From NCBI GenBank assembly GCA_002633005.1, contig NMRA01000095.1, positions 525,889-589,888 on the forward strand: DNA of 64,000 nucleotides, given 5' to 3'. Shown piece after piece: positions 24,083 to 36,944 of the stretch. Each line of letters begins with the position of its first letter. Position 1 is the stretch's first letter. Both the position numbers and the translations under genes were made by a program. The notes under the pieces were generated by a model. It did no database searches. It was given only the letters and a program-made list of their open reading frames with translations, and was not told where the DNA came from. This stretch comes from Phoronis australis. Taxonomy: Eukaryota > Animalia > Phoronida.

Positions 24083-25937
24083 CTTTTGCTGAAGTGTAGT
24101 GCATGTATGGTACCAGTACGGTACAGAAACTTTGTACCTGCTAGACATTTCCATTTTACTGTCACGGTGTGATTGTAATGCGTAATGGCGATATTTTGAA
24201 ATAAATATATTTTGAAATAAATCAAAACTTTATTGTTTGAAATTTTTACAGTATCTCAATGTGTTGTTTCTGTGTGAAAATTTTTCTTGTCCTTCTCGTT
24301 ATGGACGGCCAATAATATGGAAGTGAGCTCGTTAATGACAGAAAAAATGGCGATTCCCCACATCATGGTCGCATAAAAGGGGTACGTTGAGTTGAGTAAA
24401 AACTAATATTGATAAAAATTAATAATGCGTTTAAAACGCTAGTTCAGCGGCGTGTCAAGTTGTTTTACAGCAGAGCCTATAACACAACAATTTGAACTGC
24501 GAGACCATGTCGTTTCAAACTGTACAAATTACCAGTTCGTCACGCCAAGATGGATTAGGAACTAGGATAAGTAATATCAGGAAGTGGTCATCTCTTCCTG
24601 GTAATACTAGATAGTTAAAGAAAAGTATCGTATCACTGAAATAATTTTCTTTGAGACACTTCAACACCCCTTACATGCGTTTTATTCGAAAAAAAAGTCT
24701 GCATATTAATGCAATAAATTTCCTCGCATAATATTATCAAGTAACAAAGACAACATAAATGAGTTACGTTCTTTTACTGACATTTTTAACGAACAAATTC
24801 AGAAAACAACTGGAAAGTACTTGAAGATGAGGTTTGAGGCTATTGTCTCAGAAAAAATGTCCCGGGATTCCAGTTTTACGGGATGGTTAGATGTTTTGAA
24901 GGTGTGAGAGCCTGTTTTCGACTACAGGATATCTGTTTTGCAGGCAAAATTGCGTTATTGGAAGTGGTTGTGCCACTGAAATCGAATTCAATCTGCTCAC
25001 CAGGTATTTTTAGGGTTTGTTCATAAAGGTTTTTAATTTCTATTGACATCAAAGCATTTTCTTTCAGTTTCTTTCAAGTTTCAAAAAAGCATCTGTCAAC
25101 TGCTCACGTCTTCGTCGATTTTTCTCCCACAAGGCACAGCACGTCTCCTTATTTCGTATAACAAAACACAGATCCACACATTTCCCTAATATAGAAAATG
25201 TGGCCTTTGACCCCAAGCGCCTTCAAGCCGTGAGAGTATGCGTAAATGTATCATAAGTGGGAGGGAGATTAAAAACTCTGTGGTAACCACGGATTTTTTC
25301 TTTCGTGCGTATTTAAAAAATGAATCTTGTGAGTTTTCTGGAAATTTCCTGACAGGGGAAAGTGAATTATTCAGTACTAGACGTTGTGAGTTGGTACTTT
25401 CATCAGGAATTGGTTAAAATATATTTTTGACGAGCTTTCGATGCCTCGTTAACATATAATATGTATACAAATACATATACGTATACGCATATGTATCATG
25501 TGAGTGTGCGCGTGCGCGTGCGTGCATGTATACATTGTGTCTAGCCCCTTTTGTAGCAGCATGACAGTCCAACAAAACAACGCACAGACTATTCGTAATA
25601 GTGACTGAACATGGTGCGCGGGCTTGATCGCGGACTCAAGTGACTGGAAACCAGATAACCATTCATACTCAGAGCCGTATTCATGTCGACTCGACTTGAC
25701 TCGATACACGGCGGAGCGGTCACACGTTTTACATTCTTATTTAGATAAGTAACACTACATGTCTGACCACGTGACTCCTGTTCTAATTTTATGAGGAAGT
25801 CCGTAACCCGACAATCGTGATTTGTACTTAGGCGTATATAACAACAAGCGACACTGTGATTGTACAGACTCGTGTCTGCCGAGAGCCAAGTGGGTAGCCT
25901 GTTGTCGGCGCTGGTCGGCCTCCGGGACTTCAGCATT

Positions 25938-26846
25938 ATGGCACTTGGTCGGGAAATGTGTGTTTTGATGCCTTTGTGTCTCGTGTGTTTCCTAATGGTT
26001 CTTATGACGGCCGAGCAGATGACTGAGAACACCATGTACGCCATCAACCCCACGTGTGCCTTGGTTTTTCTCGTTGTCTTGCAAATTGTAGCCATCGTTT
26101 ACATGGAAAGATCGTGTCGCAGAAGTTCTCGGGTACCAGAGACTGATCCAAAGGAGGTGATGACATTGGCACGGCGCAGGGTGGGGAAGTTGGAAAAGCT
26201 TGTGAAAACTTTCGCGGGTCTTTGGATCTTTGGCGGCGGTGGTATTGTGCTTGACGTCATCATATTTCTCTACGTGTTGCTTTCCTTAATTGACGCCGGC
26301 ACAGCCAACTGGATTTGCAAGATGCATTTAGTGTTATTGACCATGTTTCATTTCGTAAAAATTTGCTTTACAATTGGCCAAATTCACTACCTGCAGTTTT
26401 CTTTTCAAAATTCAATCCAGCCGTCGCGGAAAGCTATATATTTGATAATGGGTGTGAACGTGCTAGTGTGGTTGTCTTGTTTCCAACAACATTCCGAATC
26501 GTTGACAGAATATTACAAGAAAATAGACGCCCACGACGAGGAACCTGATAAGCATGATACGAACTATACCTATGACTGTCTGCCGACTGTCAATTCCACA
26601 TGGTACAACGCCGTGCACGACTGGGGAAAATACCTATATCCTTGCACGATGGAATTCTCTTTCGTCGCCATAGATTTGTTGTACAATGTCCTTGTGACAT
26701 GTAAAGAGAGAACTGTTGAGTTGGTTATGGTCACGAACCGACGAGATTCGGATGTTAGCTTCAGCAGAAGCTCGGACGAGCAAACGAACAGACATCGCCA
26801 CCGACAGTCACCTCCGACCTACGATTCTATTACAAACAGAGAAGAG
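25938..26846 (+). CDS. Otopetrin-like exon 1 (N-domain, TM1-6)
   Basis: Open frame 25860..26870; donor gtttgt at 26847. Confidence 0.85.
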
Positions 26847-29800
26847 GTTTGTTCTGTTTGTTTGTCATGAATGGAAAAAACGCAGAAAAGCCGCTATTAC
26901 AAAGCTTTCTGCTAAACACGGCTAGGTTTTTCATTTATGTTGCGTACTTTGGCGTCAGTTTAGGCTTTACTCAGATCAGAAGCGATTACTGAGATGAGAA
27001 AAATGATAGTTCGTTATTTCCCGGGGCTTGTTCCTCGATGAGTCCATCGGCTTTTGATTCGTTCATCAAACAATCACAACTGTGTCGGATCTAAACACCT
27101 ATGAAGTGGAATGTTACAGTTTGGATTGGAAATTGAAAGATTGTTGCAAAATGTACGTTGTTTCAACTCGAGAAATTTGACAATTACTATTCATTTTCAA
27201 ATTTTAGATTGAACATTGAATTTTCAAATTCAAATTAACATTCTACTAGGCTTCAATATTCAGTATGTCAAAATGGAAATGAAACAGGAAACCTGCACGT
27301 AAATTGCAGGCCTGCTACGAGCCTGCTGGCTGCAAAATCCCGAGTTGGGAAACATTCCAAGGGGTCATTTCCTTAGGGCATGCCAATAACCAGGATGTAG
27401 ACCGATTTCCTCTGAGTCGCATGCGGCTTTATGTAAACTTCCAAATGTGTTCTGAATAGTTCGACATGAAACATTGAGTCTTGGTCTAAGTTTGGAGATT
27501 AGACCATGCTGGGCCTGGTGGACCCTTGACATGTTAGCAGTTGGTTTTTGACGTGAAGCGGTGCAAACGTCATCTGCACAGCTCAATTTTGACAATGGGT
27601 TTATTTATACTGCAGCTACCCTGGTACCAGCAAAAGATACCACTTCCGCCGCGGGTATTTCCTGTAGTGATTATTTTCGAGATACAAACTTCATTTGCAC
27701 CACAACTCGGTTTGACCACCCAATCTAGAGGTTCTGTGGACGAGACAAGCTATTAAACGTGCCAATCACCCCGTCCTTTTTTCACAAAATCGTCTTTATA
27801 GGTTTGGGCCATTTATACCGATGTTATGAAATTGTCAATTAAGAAGTGATTTCAGGGTTTCAAAACAACTGAAAGTTGTTCATTGCTTGAGGCCAGGCTC
27901 TACAAGTTCGTCATTTTATTCGCCCGGCCGAGCATGGTCGCGATCACATGCTGTCGATCACTTCTTTGAAGACCCATAAATTACTTCTCATCTAAGAAAG
28001 AAACAAGTTGAGATCATTTTTAGGTGCAAAGCTAAGTCAAGTGTTCATTTGTTTGACGGAACACGGGTTGGCCGCTAATTGGTTGTCGATATGTTGCGTT
28101 CTTATCCCGGCGAAGCACCTACAGGTGTGGCCCATAACAAGTAAACTAAAGTAAATATGAGCAATCACCCCAGTGGAACACTTGAATGAAAAGGTTTTCG
28201 AAGAAATGCTTTGTTTCGGGTATATGTGTGCAGGCCGAAATACACCCATTTATCGTAGGTCAACATGAAGCGAAAGTAGCGAGGGATTCCTTAGAAATTT
28301 GTTCAGACAACTCTGTCTTTTATCAACTGAAACAAGATTTCAAAGCTTTGCATCCTTACGAAAAGTGCTCACTGAGTCACTGATATAGAAATAAAGATAT
28401 TTTGAAAAAATATTTCATTATCAATATATACAGTCATATACATATTCGTATATATATATATATATTCAGGAAATTTCCTCTGACAGACGTCCCGCGGACT
28501 TCCAGTAAACTAGCAAATTTGTGATTGTAAGCTTCAACTCTACCTGAGACAAGTTTGAGGTCAGAGATTATACCCTGGGCCCAGGTGGTCTCAAAATTTC
28601 TCTTGCCATGACAGCAGCGTGTTTTGTGATGGCGTGAAGCGGTCCAAATGTCAGGAGGTCATGCAGTGATGGTGCCTTTACGTGGTATTCAGCTAATTCA
28701 AGTTTGATATACATCTAGATTTCCAGTTTTCATTTTGGTAGTGAAAGGAGGATTTTAGAACAATTGAGTATTTGGATATTGAAAGTTAGATGAAAATAAT
28801 GAATGGTTTTTGGTGATGGGATTTTGACAATGCATCTTGCTTTCTTCTCGATGCCTTTAACGATGGTCTGTGTAAGAAAATATTATCATTTTCTGTCATG
28901 GCAAGGCAAGATAATCGAGGCTATGTGACTGGGTAACATACGTATTTTACAATATAATTGCCGTTTAGATCATGGATTGAGGACATGTCTCAAGTAGAGT
29001 CAAATGCGCCAAGTAGACTGTTCCGTTACAATGCCGGCCAACAAACTGTCGCAGTTCACTTTTAAGTGTTTGTTTTACTTGTGATAAGACCAAAAGGCAC
29101 AGATGATACTGGTCTGTGTGTGATGCGTGTGCTATTTCGAGTTGACCGTTTTTCTTCCTGTGATCGAGCGAAAATAGTGTTTTTTTCCGTTTTTCTTCTC
29201 CTCTCGAACTCTGTCTCAAAGCAGCTTCAGTGGTGCAGTGACGTGAGTTGCCAGCGCTCTCTCTAGCGGCATGGGGCACTCGTGAGGCAGTGAGACAGTC
29301 TGTGACCAATCGTGATGTGACGGTGGCTGACTTAGCAAGCCACGGCCTAAAATATTGCGTTTTGGTGGCTTTTAAAAAGTTCAGGAGATTGGCTAAAATT
29401 GGTGGGTGCGGGAGTATTTCTTTCTTTAAGTAATGAGGCGCTGGTTTAAAAATAAATCGGGATATAGACCGGAACCAACGAATGCTTTTTTGGCCAAACA
29501 AGTGTTTTCGAGATCCAAATTTCATCTGCACTGAGCTCAGTTTTGACCATGTGCTTATTTACACTGCATCTACTGGGTCCTGCAAAAGATGCTACTTCTG
29601 CCGCGGTGTCTTTTAAAGTGTTACAGCATGACCTACATAAATCGTCGCAAGAATTTTCAAAACAATACGTTTTAAGTGTGCTCTTCTTTTAATTTCAGGG
29701 TTCAGACGAAATTAACGAAACTACTCCCCTCCATGGTAGTACTCGGACGCTATCACAAGGGTCCTACGGCGAAGTCATCCTAGAATCGCAACCAACATGG

Positions 29801-30493
29801 ATGCAGAAGGTCTCCATGTATTTTAAAATCTTCTCTCCACAAGCCTTCAAGGTCTCCATTGCATTTCTCATCATTTTCACTGGGTTGGAATTCCTCGTTG
29901 TGTACGCTCGAGACCTAAACGATGCCTGGTTGACGCATGTTCAATACATCTTAGACTGTCTTTTCTCATTGCACGTCATTCGACTGTGTTATTTGGGCAT
30001 CTCGTGTTGCCGGGATAACAACGGTGACTTCAAAGGCGAAGATGTCCTTCGCTTTATCACCACAGCGGGCGTGTGGGCCATCAGTATGTTCGGAATCGTC
30101 GCCGGATTCTGCATCATTGTGAATCCCGGGCATCAACCCCCCAACGTGTCCGCTTTTTATCCCTACATTATTGTCTTCGTTGATGCTCTCACTATCGCCC
30201 ACACATTTTTCCAGACGTGGTTCTACGTAAAAGCTGCCCCAGATAATTTCCGTGACGACCTGGACGAAGATGAAAAAGCATCTCTGTCCAATTGTTTAAA
30301 ATTTCTCTCATTCTATAACATCGTTAAATGGGTCCTTGACACGTTTTGTGAATTCTATACTTCAGAGAAGCTGGTTCCCATCCGTATTACCGTGTTTAGG
30401 GACCAGTTGCTATATGTTAATCTCTTTATACTTCCTGCCGCCATTTTGTACAGGTTCCAGATAGCTGCGTCCTTTTTTAAACTAATTTTTTGA
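25938..30493 (+). CDS. Otopetrin-family (OTOP) proton-channel-like protein, 2 exons, about 567 aa
   Basis: join(25938..26846,29699..30493), phase 0 GT-AG. About 12 hydrophobic segments in two halves. Motifs FTIGQIHYL, GVNVLVW, YLYPCTMEFS, HTFFQTWF, FYNIVKWVLDTF and LPAAILYRF match otopetrin TM4/5/6/10/11/12. Start codon is uncertain (possible acceptor at 25867). Confidence 0.85.
29699..30493 (+). CDS. Otopetrin-like exon 2 (C-domain, TM7-12)
   Basis: Acceptor cttttaatttcag; in frame with ORF 29801..30493. Confidence 0.85.
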   Translation, partial: GSDEINETTPLHGSTRTLSQGSYGEVILESQPTWMQKVSMYFKIFSPQAFKVSIAFLIIFTGLEFLVVYARDLNDAWLTHVQYILDCLFSLHVIRLCYLGISCCRDNNGDFKGEDVLRFITTAGVWAISMFGIVAGFCIIVNPGHQPPNVSAFYPYIIVFVDALTIAHTFFQTWFYVKAAPDNFRDDLDEDEKASLSNCLKFLSFYNIVKWVLDTFCEFYTSEKLVPIRITVFRDQLLYVNLFILPAAILYRFQIAASFFKLIF

Positions 30494-33400
30494 GACAGAT
30501 ATGTTAATATTTTATTTAGGCTTCGTGGCCACGATCAAGTTAATCCGCATGGTACGGCGGCGAATGTCTACAACTAAGCTGTTTTAAACACAGAACGTTG
30601 CTCGCTTCACAACGTATCGCATGAAACTAAAACACTAATACTCACCCTATTGAAAATGATTCCGCGCTTAGTAGGAATATTCCTTTCTTATGCACTAAAT
30701 CAATGCTAATCTGACCTGTAGGGAAATGTCGAATACTTCTTGAAAGTGTGTGTGTGTGGCCGACCGAGCTAGTGCACCTTTTAGTCATGTGTGTGTCTTA
30801 TTCGTTATTGGTCTCAAACAACCTTTGTATTACATTACGATTGTCACGTGGAATATGTATTAATTATTAAAATCAGTATTTGCTTTGTGTTATAGTACCA
30901 GTTTTTGTTTGCGAAATATGATGGAAATTTCTCAACCGAATAAAACGATGCCACACGCCCCCTCGTGTTTTTTTTTAATGAATGTTACTATACGTGCAAT
31001 AAATAACCTCGCCTCCTTCACAAAATCGAGTTTATTTCCGACAGTTGTGGATGGGCCTAAACACCCGCACGTAGGTGCTTTCTAAGAAATTAGTTAAGAC
31101 AACTCTCTTGTGGAGGCGCCTATACTTGCCGAAACGCGATATCAAGGTTTCTATGCAGCAGATATGGAAATTAAGATGTTTCTACATAATATGCTTTGAA
31201 AGAAAATCCTTTAAAACTGAATAGTTTATTCCCGCTGGTGAACGACAACAGCAGTAATATTCACATCTGCTTAGAAGAATAAATGCTGAGATGGCCATAA
31301 TTTGCAGGTCGGCACCCCATCACTGAGCAGCACTTTTCATACACGATTTCCTCGCAACAAATCACTGAGTACACTGACCCCAAGCTCTCTTGCCGTGATT
31401 TGACGGTGAAAAGAACGCTATCATTGTGTTTTCCCAACTGACAAACTCAGTAGTTCAGATCGAGTCATGCGAGAAAATTGTATTCGTAACGTCCTCGGGT
31501 ACTTTCCTAAGTTACGGAAATATTCGAACAATTCGGAATGGCTCGTCCATAGACATCACATAGACGGGGCGCACGCGCTCCTGCCGCTGACAACTTGACG
31601 CCATATTGGAGAGTGCTACTAGTCACTTGCCTTGTCACGGCTAATTGCCGTGTAAACAAACGGGGCAAATTGTCCTTTTCAAAGCGCGATATCTAACAAA
31701 GAGGCCGATGAAAGTGTTTTTTCCAGAAACATACAAAAACATGTGATGTAGCATTTACAGGCGTTTTTTTAAGATTTAATCAGTCGATAGGGAAAATATC
31801 AAACTATTAGAAGATCGCAACCAGTGGCAGATTTTCGAGTGGCCTGAGCGGCTGCATTTCTGTCAATCCACTGCGGGCGTTTTGTTTTTTCGTTCTTTTC
31901 AAGAGAAACCACTGAGATCGCGCAACTTTATCATTTAATTCGTGTCACTCGATGCAAAAACATATCCAGGAGAAGTGCCGCTCACTTGGGTCGTACCTTC
32001 ATTGTGCCCCAAGTAAGCCTTTTCAGAGTGTTGACAATGACCCAGGGTAACTTTGTAAAATTGATATATGACCCGAGTCGCTTTCAATGGGGTCTAAATT
32101 CAATGTGAACTACTGTGAAAAATGACTTCATTTGGGTCATATAAATAAATGATAGTTTTTTTAAAGTTCATTAGGGCGTTCTCCCGTTCAGTACAGCGGT
32201 TGTGGGCGTGTGATAACATTTAGCACCTTTGTTAACTGCCAAGCATAGTCTTTTGTCTGTTACGACAACACGCAGATAACTTATCTACCAGGCTTATAAC
32301 CGATCACAGGTGAACACAGTCAAACCTAGTACGTTGATACGTTCAGACAGAATAGATTGTTTTAACTTCGATTGTAGTTGGGCGATTTTGGTGATTCAAA
32401 AACTATAAGATAGATCAGTATTTGATAAGCAATTCAGAAATGTCATTGGTTTATGTTCAAACATTTTATAACTTAACTTTTTTTAACAGCACAGCCCAGT
32501 GAGGATATCAGATACTATCTTATCGGAGATTTAAGAATGGACTTCATCAGTCGTCAGTATAAGATATTGTCTACAGCGGTTATCCGCCCAACTTGTTGTG
32601 ATATACAGCTTAACAAGTTAGATTCAACGGGAGAACGTCGTAACATTCCTTTCCTGTGCATCGCTCGGAATTGCCAACAAACAAATATTTTTCTCTCAAG
32701 CTCGATATTCCTCTCTCANGATGCTCTCACTATCGCCCACACATTTTTCCAGACGTGGTTCTACGTAAAAGCTGCCCCAGATAATTTCCGTGACGACCTG
32801 GACGAAGATGAAAAAGCATCTCTGTCCAATTGTTTAAAATTTCTCTCATTCTATAACATCGTTAAATGGGTCCTTGACACGTTTTGTGAATTCTATACTT
32901 CAGAGAAGCTGGTTCCCATCCGTATTACCGTGTTTAAGGACCAGTTGCTTTATGTAAATCTCTTTATACTTCCTGCCGCTATTTTGTACAGGTTCCAGAT
33001 AGCTGCGTCCTTTTTTAAACTAATTTTTTGAGACAGACATTTTAACATTTTATTTAGGCTTCGTGGCCACGATCAAGTTAAAGTTTATCCGCATGGTACG
33101 GCGGCGAATGTCTACAACTAAGCTGTTTCAAACACAGAACGTGGCTCGCTTCACTATGTATCGCATGAAACTAGAACACTAATACTCACCGTATTGAAAA
33201 TGATTCTCAAGATGGCCGCGCTTAGTAGGAATATTCCTTTCTTATGCACTAAATCAATGCTAATCTGACCTGTAGGGAAATGTCGAACACTTCTTGAAAG
33301 TGTGTGTCGCCGAGCTAGTGCACCTTTTAGTCATGTGTGTGTCTTATTCGTTATTGGTCTCAGACAACCTTTGTATTACATTACGATTGTCACGTGGAAT

Positions 33401-35331
33401 ATGTATTAATTATTAAAATCAGTATTTGCTTTGTGTTATAGTGTCAGTTTTTGTTTGCGAAATATGATGGAAATTTCTCAACCGAATAAAATGATGCCAC
33501 ACGCACTCTCGTTTTTTTTTTTTTTTTTTTTAATGAATGATACTATACGTGCAATAACCTCGCCTCCTTCACAAAATCGAGTTTATTTCCGACAGTTGTG
33601 GATGGGCCTAAACACCCGCACGTAGGTGCTTTCTAAGAAATTAGTTAAGACAACTCTCTTGTGGAGGCGCCTATACTTGCCGAAACGCGATATCAAGGTT
33701 TCTATGCAGCAGATCTGGAAATTAAGATGTTTCGAATCTACATATATGCATGTAGTTTACATCGTATACACAAACACTGATAGTTGTTTCCACGAAATTA
33801 AAGCTTTGAAAGCAAAATCCTTTAAAACTGAATTGTTTATTCCCGCTGGTGAACGACAACACCAATGATATTCACATCTTTTTTAGAAGAATAAATACTG
33901 AGATGGCCATAATTTGCAGGTCGGCACCCCATCACTGTGCAGTACTTTTCATACACGATTTCCTCGCGACAAATCACTGAGTGCACTGACCCCAAGCGCT
34001 CTTACCGTGATTTGACGGTGAAAAGAACGCTATCATTGTGTTTTCCCAACCGACAAACTCAGTAGTTCAGATCGAGTCGTGCGAGAAAATTGTATTCGTA
34101 ACTCCTCGGTACTTTCCTAAGTTACGGAAATACTCGAACAGTTCGGAATGGCTCATCCATAGACATCACATAGACCGGGCGCACGCGCTCCTGCCGCTGA
34201 CAACTTGACGCCATATTGGAGAGTGCTACTAGTCACGTGTCACGGCTAATTGCAGTGTAAACAAACGGGGCAAATTGTCCTTTTCAAAGCGCGATATCTA
34301 ACAAATATAGAGGCCGATGAAAGTGATTTTTTTCCAGAAACATACAAAAACATGTGATGTAGCACTTACAGGCGTTTTTTAAGATTTAATCAGTCGATAG
34401 GGAAAATATCAAACAATTAGAAGATCGCAACCAGTGGCAGATTTTCGAGTGGCCTGAGCGGCTGCACGCTTGTCAATCCACTGCGGGCGTTTTATTTTTT
34501 CGTTCTTTTCAAGAGAAACCACTGAGATCGCGCAACTTTATCATTTAATTCGTGTCACTCGATGCAAAAACATTATATCCAGGAGAAGTGCCGCTCACTT
34601 GGGTCGTACCTTCATTGTGCCCCAAGTAAGCCTTTTCTCAGAGTGTTGAACAATGACCCCGGGTAACTTTGTAAATTAATATATGACCCGAGTCTCTCTT
34701 AATGGGGTCTAAATTCAATGTGAACTACTGTGAAAATGACTTCATTTGGGTCATGTAAATAAATGACAGTTTTTTAAAGTTCATTAGGGCGTTCTCCCGT
34801 TCAGTACAGCGGTTGTGAGCGTGTGATAACATTTAGCACCTTTTGTCTGGTACGACAACATGCAGATAAATTATCTACAAGGCTTATAACCGATCACAGG
34901 TGAACACAGTCAAACCCATTACGTTGATACGTTCGGACAGAATAGATTGTTTTAACTTCGATTGTAGTTGGGCGATTTTGGCGATTCAAAAACTATAAGC
35001 TAGATCAGTATTTGACGGGCAATTCAGAAATGTCATTGGTTTATGTTCAAACATTTTATAACAACTTTTTTTAACAGCACAGCCCAGTGAGGATATCAGA
35101 TACTATCTTATCGGAGATTAAAGAATGGACTTCATCAGTCGTCAGCATAAGATACTGTCTACAGCGGTTATCCGCCCAACTTGTTGTGATATACAACTTA
35201 ACAAGTTAGACTCAACGGGAGAAAGTCGTAACGTAAAAAACAATGAACACAGAATCAGTTCCATTCCTGTGCATCGCTCGGAATAGCCAAGAAGCAAATA
35301 TTTTTCTCTCAAGCTCGATATTCCTCTCTCA
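30182..35331. repeat. About 2.5-kb tandem duplication (30182..32718 versus 32720..35331) joined by a single N; probable uncollapsed haplotypes
   Basis: Colinear copies with scattered SNPs and indels; N at 32719 lies exactly at the junction. Confidence 0.9.
32720..33031 (+). other. Second (probably allelic) copy of the 3' part of otopetrin exon 2
   Basis: DALTIAHTFFQ...AASFFKLIF*; starts right after the N and has no acceptor. Confidence 0.8.
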
Positions 35332-35711
35332 CGGATCTGAAGTCCCCCGATCAAGCACCAGGCACTTGTTGGCGTTTTGTAGTATCCCCACACCGTGTGC
35401 TCACAAAGAGAACAGCCCCGCTCCGGCAAACATTATTTCGGACTGTTCCTATCCATCCCCGCTCTTAATCTGATATGCGTACTGCGCGACCCTCAGGCCG
35501 AGAAATTTAAAATAAATTCTTCTCTCACGCACGGTGTTTGCTTATCGTTGAATAATGACGGGACAGGTTTTTACGGACGTAGGGTCATTTTTTCATGGGC
35601 TGAATATTCTTCATATTAAATTTAGACCCTGTGAAAAAACTAACCGGGGTCATTTTTTCACGGAATCATAATTAATGCGGCTACATCGGCTCGGTTGGGT
35701 ATATTTCCATT

Positions 35712-36854
35712 CAGTTTCGAGTGGGAAATTCTGTATATTAGGTAAAGGTTGGATGCGCAATTCAGTCGTACAGCTTTGATATTTTGGCAATTATGCACAA
35801 TACTTTTTTGTGCAAGTTTCGTCGCAAATCAGAGAGCTCGTTAGCAAGCAGTGCAAATCTACAAAATTTCCAATATCAACTTCGACATAAGTACAGATTT
35901 TGAAGAGATTTGTTTGTTTTGATACAACAGAAAATATCTGATTTTGGAATACATATTAAGAAATTAGTTTTTAAAGCAGTATATATTTCAATAGAGAATA
36001 CACTATTCACTTAGATGTACTGATTTCGATGGCTGGCGAGTAAGTTCGAGGATGTTATTTTTCAGTACAAGTATGATTGTCAATAACACTAAATATTTAT
36101 TTAAATATAATTAGCAAACAGCATCATCATTGGATAATAGCATATGCTGGTCATTAATTATCTTTTTAATTGATCTTTTACGGTTTCAATCACCAAGACT
36201 GACGTGCAAATAACGCATATAGTCGCTCCGCTTGAATTATGGTGGCGGAACATAAAAACCTAGTTGCAGCACCAATAAACTCCATTTTGGGNCGGTTTCG
36301 AGTGGGAAATTCTGTATATTGGGTTAAGGTTGGATGCGCAATTCAGTCGTACAGCTTTGATATTTTGGCTATTATGCACAATACTTTTTTGTGCAAGTTT
36401 CGTCGCAAATCAGAGAGCTCGTTAGCAAGCAGTGCAAATCTACAAAATTTCCAATATCAACTTCGACATAAGTACAGATTTTGAAGAGATTTGTTTGTTT
36501 TGATACAACAGAAAATATCTGATTTTGGAATACATATTAAGAAATTAGTTTTTAAAGCAGTATTACACTATTCACTTAGATGTACTGATTTCGATGGCTG
36601 GCGAGTAAGTTCGAGGATGTCATTTTTCAGTACAAGTATGATTGTCAATAACACTAAATAATTACTTAAATATAATTAGCAAACAGCATCATCATTGGAT
36701 AATAGCATATGCTGGTCATTAATTATCTTTTTAATTGATCTTTTACAGTTTCAATCACCAAGACTGACGTGCAAATAACGCATATAGTCGCTCCGCTTGA
36801 ATTATGGTGACGGAACATAAAAACCTAGTTGCAGCACCAATAAACTCCATTTTG
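35712..36854. repeat. About 570-bp tandem duplication joined by N (36292); probable artefact
   Basis: 35712..36289 matches 36293..36854. Confidence 0.9.
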
Positions 36855-36938
36855 NNNNNNGCCCCCCCCCCCCGCCCTGACATATGATGTCACCAGCACC
36901 GATCATTATATTCAATATACCTGTCGTGGATTCAAAAG

Positions 36939-36944
36939 TTTATT
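36939..36944 (-). terminator. Candidate polyA signal for Hikeshi (about 2.1-kb 3' UTR)
   Basis: tttatt on + equals AATAAA on -; not the only possible site. Confidence 0.3.

Noticed and set aside
28965-29531. 188-aa minus-strand ORF in the otopetrin intron
   Set aside because: No recognisable motif or splice context; likely a chance ORF in repeat-derived sequence
32537-33031. 164-aa ORF as a second otopetrin gene
   Set aside because: Chimeric across N 32719: non-coding sequence fused to the duplicated exon end
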